Assembly (NCBI RefSeq): GCF_964213995.1
Contig: NW_027590140.1
Span: 62,001-126,000, forward strand
DNA: 64,000 nucleotides
From: Mustelus asterias
Lineage: Eukaryota
Direction: 5' to 3'
Position 1 is the stretch's first letter; the number at the start of each line of letters is the position of its first letter. Below the pieces are notes generated by a model that saw only the letters and a program-made list of their open reading frames with translations, was not told where the DNA came from and ran no database searches. The translations under genes and the position numbers were made by a program. Positions 60,698 to 64,000 of the stretch are shown here, in pieces.

Positions 60698-61390
60698 TTT
60701 CTGAATCGCTTTATTTAAAAACGAATCAGATTTCAGAATTGTTCTCGTTTCTCACGAAACATGAATTGAGCTGTTGATATTTTTACGGCATTTAAGACGG
60801 GAATCACTCAGTAAATAATATAAAAGGAAAGGTCTGCGATAGTGAGCAAGACAGGGTGAATTAACTGACACAAGGAATAACGGACAAGGGCAACATTGGT
60901 TGGTTCCCATTATTTTTACACTTTGCTGCTTGTCTGGGTGAACTCCTGTTCTCCATTCCTCCGGCAGTATCACCGCTCAAACTGAGTCTCCATCCTGCTG
61001 TGTTAATCTCTCAGTTACTGCTATCTGAATGAAAACTGCTTGCAATCAGTCGAAGTCAAATAGTTTAGTGTTTCATTCAGTGGGAAGTTTTCTTGTCATT
61101 TAGCCGAGATTTTTATCCAGAAATGAGTGATATTTCTCTCAATGCAAACGGTTACATCTGACAATTACCACCCAGATTTGCCTTGTGGCACCATCTCCAT
61201 CGTCAGCACTTTGCATCCTATCACTGCCCTTCACTATCTGTGTTTGTTCTTGACCTGTTGTCCACGTGACATTTCCAACTCGGAAGCAAACTGCAAATCT
61301 CACTCCACTGATTTTAGCAGAGCTGCTTTGGACCAGGGAGTATTGCTGATTTGTTTATAAAAATCACTAAATCTTAATATATCGATGGCA

Positions 61391-61438
61391 GTATGTAACC
61401 CGGAAAGCGCCGAACCCCTAACCACGAGACCACTACGA
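61391..61438 (-). pseudogene. tRNA-Glu(TTC)-like remnant
   Basis: Reverse complement GTGGTCTCGTGGTTAGGGGTTCGGCGCTTTCCGGGTT matches Glu with an internal deletion after the anticodon. Confidence 0.55.
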
Positions 61439-61837
61439 TCTCATCTGCCTGATTCTCCCAGAAACTGATTACAGGAATGTGCAACGCCACAATTATCCAC
61501 AGTCACACTGTCCTTCCCGTCTGTTCAGATATGAAATTGTTCATATTTTCATATTGGTGTGACGAAGGCAGAGCTGTGATAAGCTGATGTTGTTCAGCAT
61601 TTCTCCCACAATCATGTTTATATCAGTTCAATGCTAACATTGCTCTTTGAATGTGGTGAGCTGCAATGAAATTTAATGCAGTTGCAGGTAGAGTACACAT
61701 TTTGACAGGAGGAAAAAGCAAGGGCAATGTGAATATGAATTCCTGAGGGTAATTGACGGGATTGTGGAATGGGACTGATATTTCTCCCTGATGTTCCAAT
61801 TGGTACAGGTATTGAACTATCATTTTCAGGGCGTTGT

Positions 61838-61909
61838 CGCCTGCTGGTGTAATGGTGAGCACTCTAGACTTTGAATGCAGCTATCCGAATTCAAATCTCG
61901 GCAGAACCT
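61838..61909 (+). pseudogene. tRNA-Gln(TTG) pseudogene
   Basis: TGGTGTAATGGTGAGCACTCTAGACTTTGAATGCAGCTATCCGAATTCAAATCTCGG; acceptor stem mismatched. Confidence 0.8.
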
Positions 61910-62219
61910 TGCTTTTCCTTTGCCAATGCCGATGATTGATTTGCTGAAGGACATTTCGTTTAATTTTCCCACAAAGTACGAATCGAGAGGACAATTTGTC
62001 AGCCAGTTCAACAGCTATTACAACGTACATTGCTGAGCCTCTGGCGCCAGATGCCTGCCAAGTTTAGCGTTTTTTTTTCATTTCTTCGCGACTCTTTAAC
62101 CCCTCTGTTGAAAGAAAGGAGCAGTTGGTTTCACACAAAAACAATTATTGGCAGTTATTGAGCGTGTGTGTGTATCTGATTTGAGAGAAAGGCCTAGTGC
62201 CTGAGGTCAGAGTGCTTTC

Positions 62220-62261
62220 GGTTGCATGGTGTAAGTGATAGCATACTGGACTCTCGCATCC
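62220..62261 (+). pseudogene. tRNA-Gln 5' half remnant
   Basis: GGTTGCATGGTGTAAGTGATAGCATACTGGACTCT. Confidence 0.55.
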
Positions 62262-62535
62262 AAACTCTTTCTAAACTTGTGACAGATAACTGAGTGAATG
62301 ACACCTGTAGATGGACCCCCTGCCCACAATGGCTCCCCTGCCTCTCAACGCTTTTTATTCTTGACCAGTCGTCCTCTGGGGCTGAAGCAATGATGCCAAG
62401 AGAGTCATTCGGTGCAGGGGGCGCAAGTGTGTTGGAATGTGTTGAAGTTTCCTCAGTGTTTAGATTTGCACTTACTGAGAATTTTAAATAAAATGCCAGC
62501 AGCAAACTCATCAGCGGCTTCAGCAAAACAATGCA

Positions 62536-62607
62536 AGTCTCTGCCGCTATTTGAACTCGAATCGCTGGATTCAGAGCCCAGAGTACTCAACGTCACACCA
62601 CAGATCC
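62536..62607 (-). pseudogene. tRNA-Gln(CTG) pseudogene
   Basis: Reverse complement GGATCTGTGGTGTGACGTTGAGTACTCTGGGCTCTGAATCCAGCGATTCGAGTTCAAATAGCGGCAGAGACT. Confidence 0.78.
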
Positions 62608-62839
62608 CAGAACACACCGACCACCCAAATGGTTCCTCGAAGTATTTGACCTCTTTCATTCAACGTGGCAGCAACAGCAAGTGCGACAACAATGTGTCGT
62701 TATTCGCCACTGTTGATAGGGACGAAGCTCAGAAGACATAGTCCCCCAATCTACAGCCAATCATTTCCTTCACAAGCGCTATCGGAAGGTATCAGCAGAA
62801 ATATTTTACATGATGTTTGCAGCTCATTGGTGCGTTCTC

Positions 62840-62911
62840 TGTTCCGTGGTGTAATGGTGCGCACTCTGGCCTTTGAATCTGGCAATGGGAATTCACGTCT
62901 CGGCTGAGCCT
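62840..62911 (+). pseudogene. tRNA-Gln(TTG) pseudogene (duplicate of 61838-61909)
   Basis: GTTCCGTGGTGTAATGGTGCGCACTCTGGCCTTTGAATC; about 150 nt of downstream flank shared with the 61.9 kb copy. Confidence 0.78.
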
Positions 62912-64000
62912 TACTTTCCTTTGCCAATCCTGAAGATAGTTTGCTGAAGGACATTCCGTTTAAGTGTTTCACAAAGTTCGGATCGAGAGGACAATTTGTC
63001 AGCCAGTTCAACTGCTTTTACAATGCACATTGCTGAGTCTCTGGCGCCAGATGCCTGCAACATCAGTGATCTTCTATTTCATGATGTGGATTTACCGGCG
63101 TTGGACTAGGGTGTTTTTATTCACAAACACGACATATGTAGACAGAGACGCAATTGCAAGATAATGGTTGGAGAATTTTGGGAGAAGTGGTTGGAGACTT
63201 TTGGGAGGAAGGCCGAGTGTCCAAGGTCAGAGTGCTGTCGGTACCTGGGGGTCACGCATATCACGCATATCTGGACTCGCGCCGTCCCACGTCTTGTTTA
63301 AATTGGGACAGATGAGTGAGTGAATGTCCCCCGTAGATTCACACCCTGCAGAATATATATTGACTTAGTAACATAGTTTGAAATGATTAATCCTCATTTT
63401 GCTTCATTCCATGTCAAACAGGGTGAAACATGCTTGGATCTTATTATTTAAAACGTCAAACCCTGAACTACTTAAACAGGTCAGGTTCAGTCGAAGAAGA
63501 CTGATCCACATTGAACCGACAAAATGTTACTGGAGTTGCTGCAAATCGCACCTCAAAATGGATCATGTCGGCAACACTCAGCAGGTCAAACAGCATCTAT
63601 TGAGAGAGAAACAGAATGAATGTTTCGGGTCGCTGACCTTTTATCCAAACTGGGAGAGTTTATAGATTTAATGGGTTACTAACAAATACAAAGTAAAGGG
63701 ACATAGGGTGCGAAAGGAGGAACGGTCAAACATCCTTGTGATAGGATGTAAGGCTGGAGTGATTCAATGGCAATGGGGATTGTTGTTTCCACTGACACAA
63801 TCTCCCAGATCTGTGTTCAAATTTCGCGCAAAATGAGAACAAACCTTTTTGCTGAATTAAGCACTAAACACTTCGACGTCCAGGGAAGCAAAGATAACTT
63901 CAACTCAGAAGTCAGTAACTGTAAGATTAACAAAGCGGGCTGGAGAAAGACTCAGTTTGAGCGGTGGCACTGCCGGGGGAATGGAGAGCAGGAGTTTACT

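Noticed and set aside
1-64000. NAR-TCR, IgH-like V, D/J/C segments, CRISPR arrays or prokaryotic systems
   Set aside because: No 12-RSS, J motif with RSS, C exon or repeat-spacer array was seen; the sequence is vertebrate

Overview
This is vertebrate genomic DNA from an elasmobranch (shark or ray), judged by HE1-type SINEs, CR1/HER1-type LINEs and a DeuSINE. The window is part of a T-cell receptor alpha/delta-type V-segment field. Two V genes look functional (11970-12466 and 23871-24456, both +, each with leader exon, V exon and 23-RSS). One V has an open exon and an RSS but a frameshifted leader (53908-54412). At least six more V pseudogenes and two 5' V fragments lie on both strands, built from duplicated and inverted cassettes. 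Between them are one perfect tRNA-Arg(ACG) and about a dozen tRNA pseudogenes (Val, Gln, Glu, Arg, and a Pro-CGG with an intron at 37/38), plus many CTCF-like motifs. From about 25.7 to 51.6 kb a block of unrelated sequence interrupts the V field. It holds a 3-exon partial EMC4 copy with its CpG island, a young inverted pair of CR1 elements (one with an intact ORF2), a C2H2 zinc-finger pseudogene, an intact two-exon GPR139-like GPCR and a decayed endogenous retrovirus pol (tether, RNase H, integrase). I saw no D, J or C segments and no 12-RSS. All homology calls come from motif recognition, not database searches.
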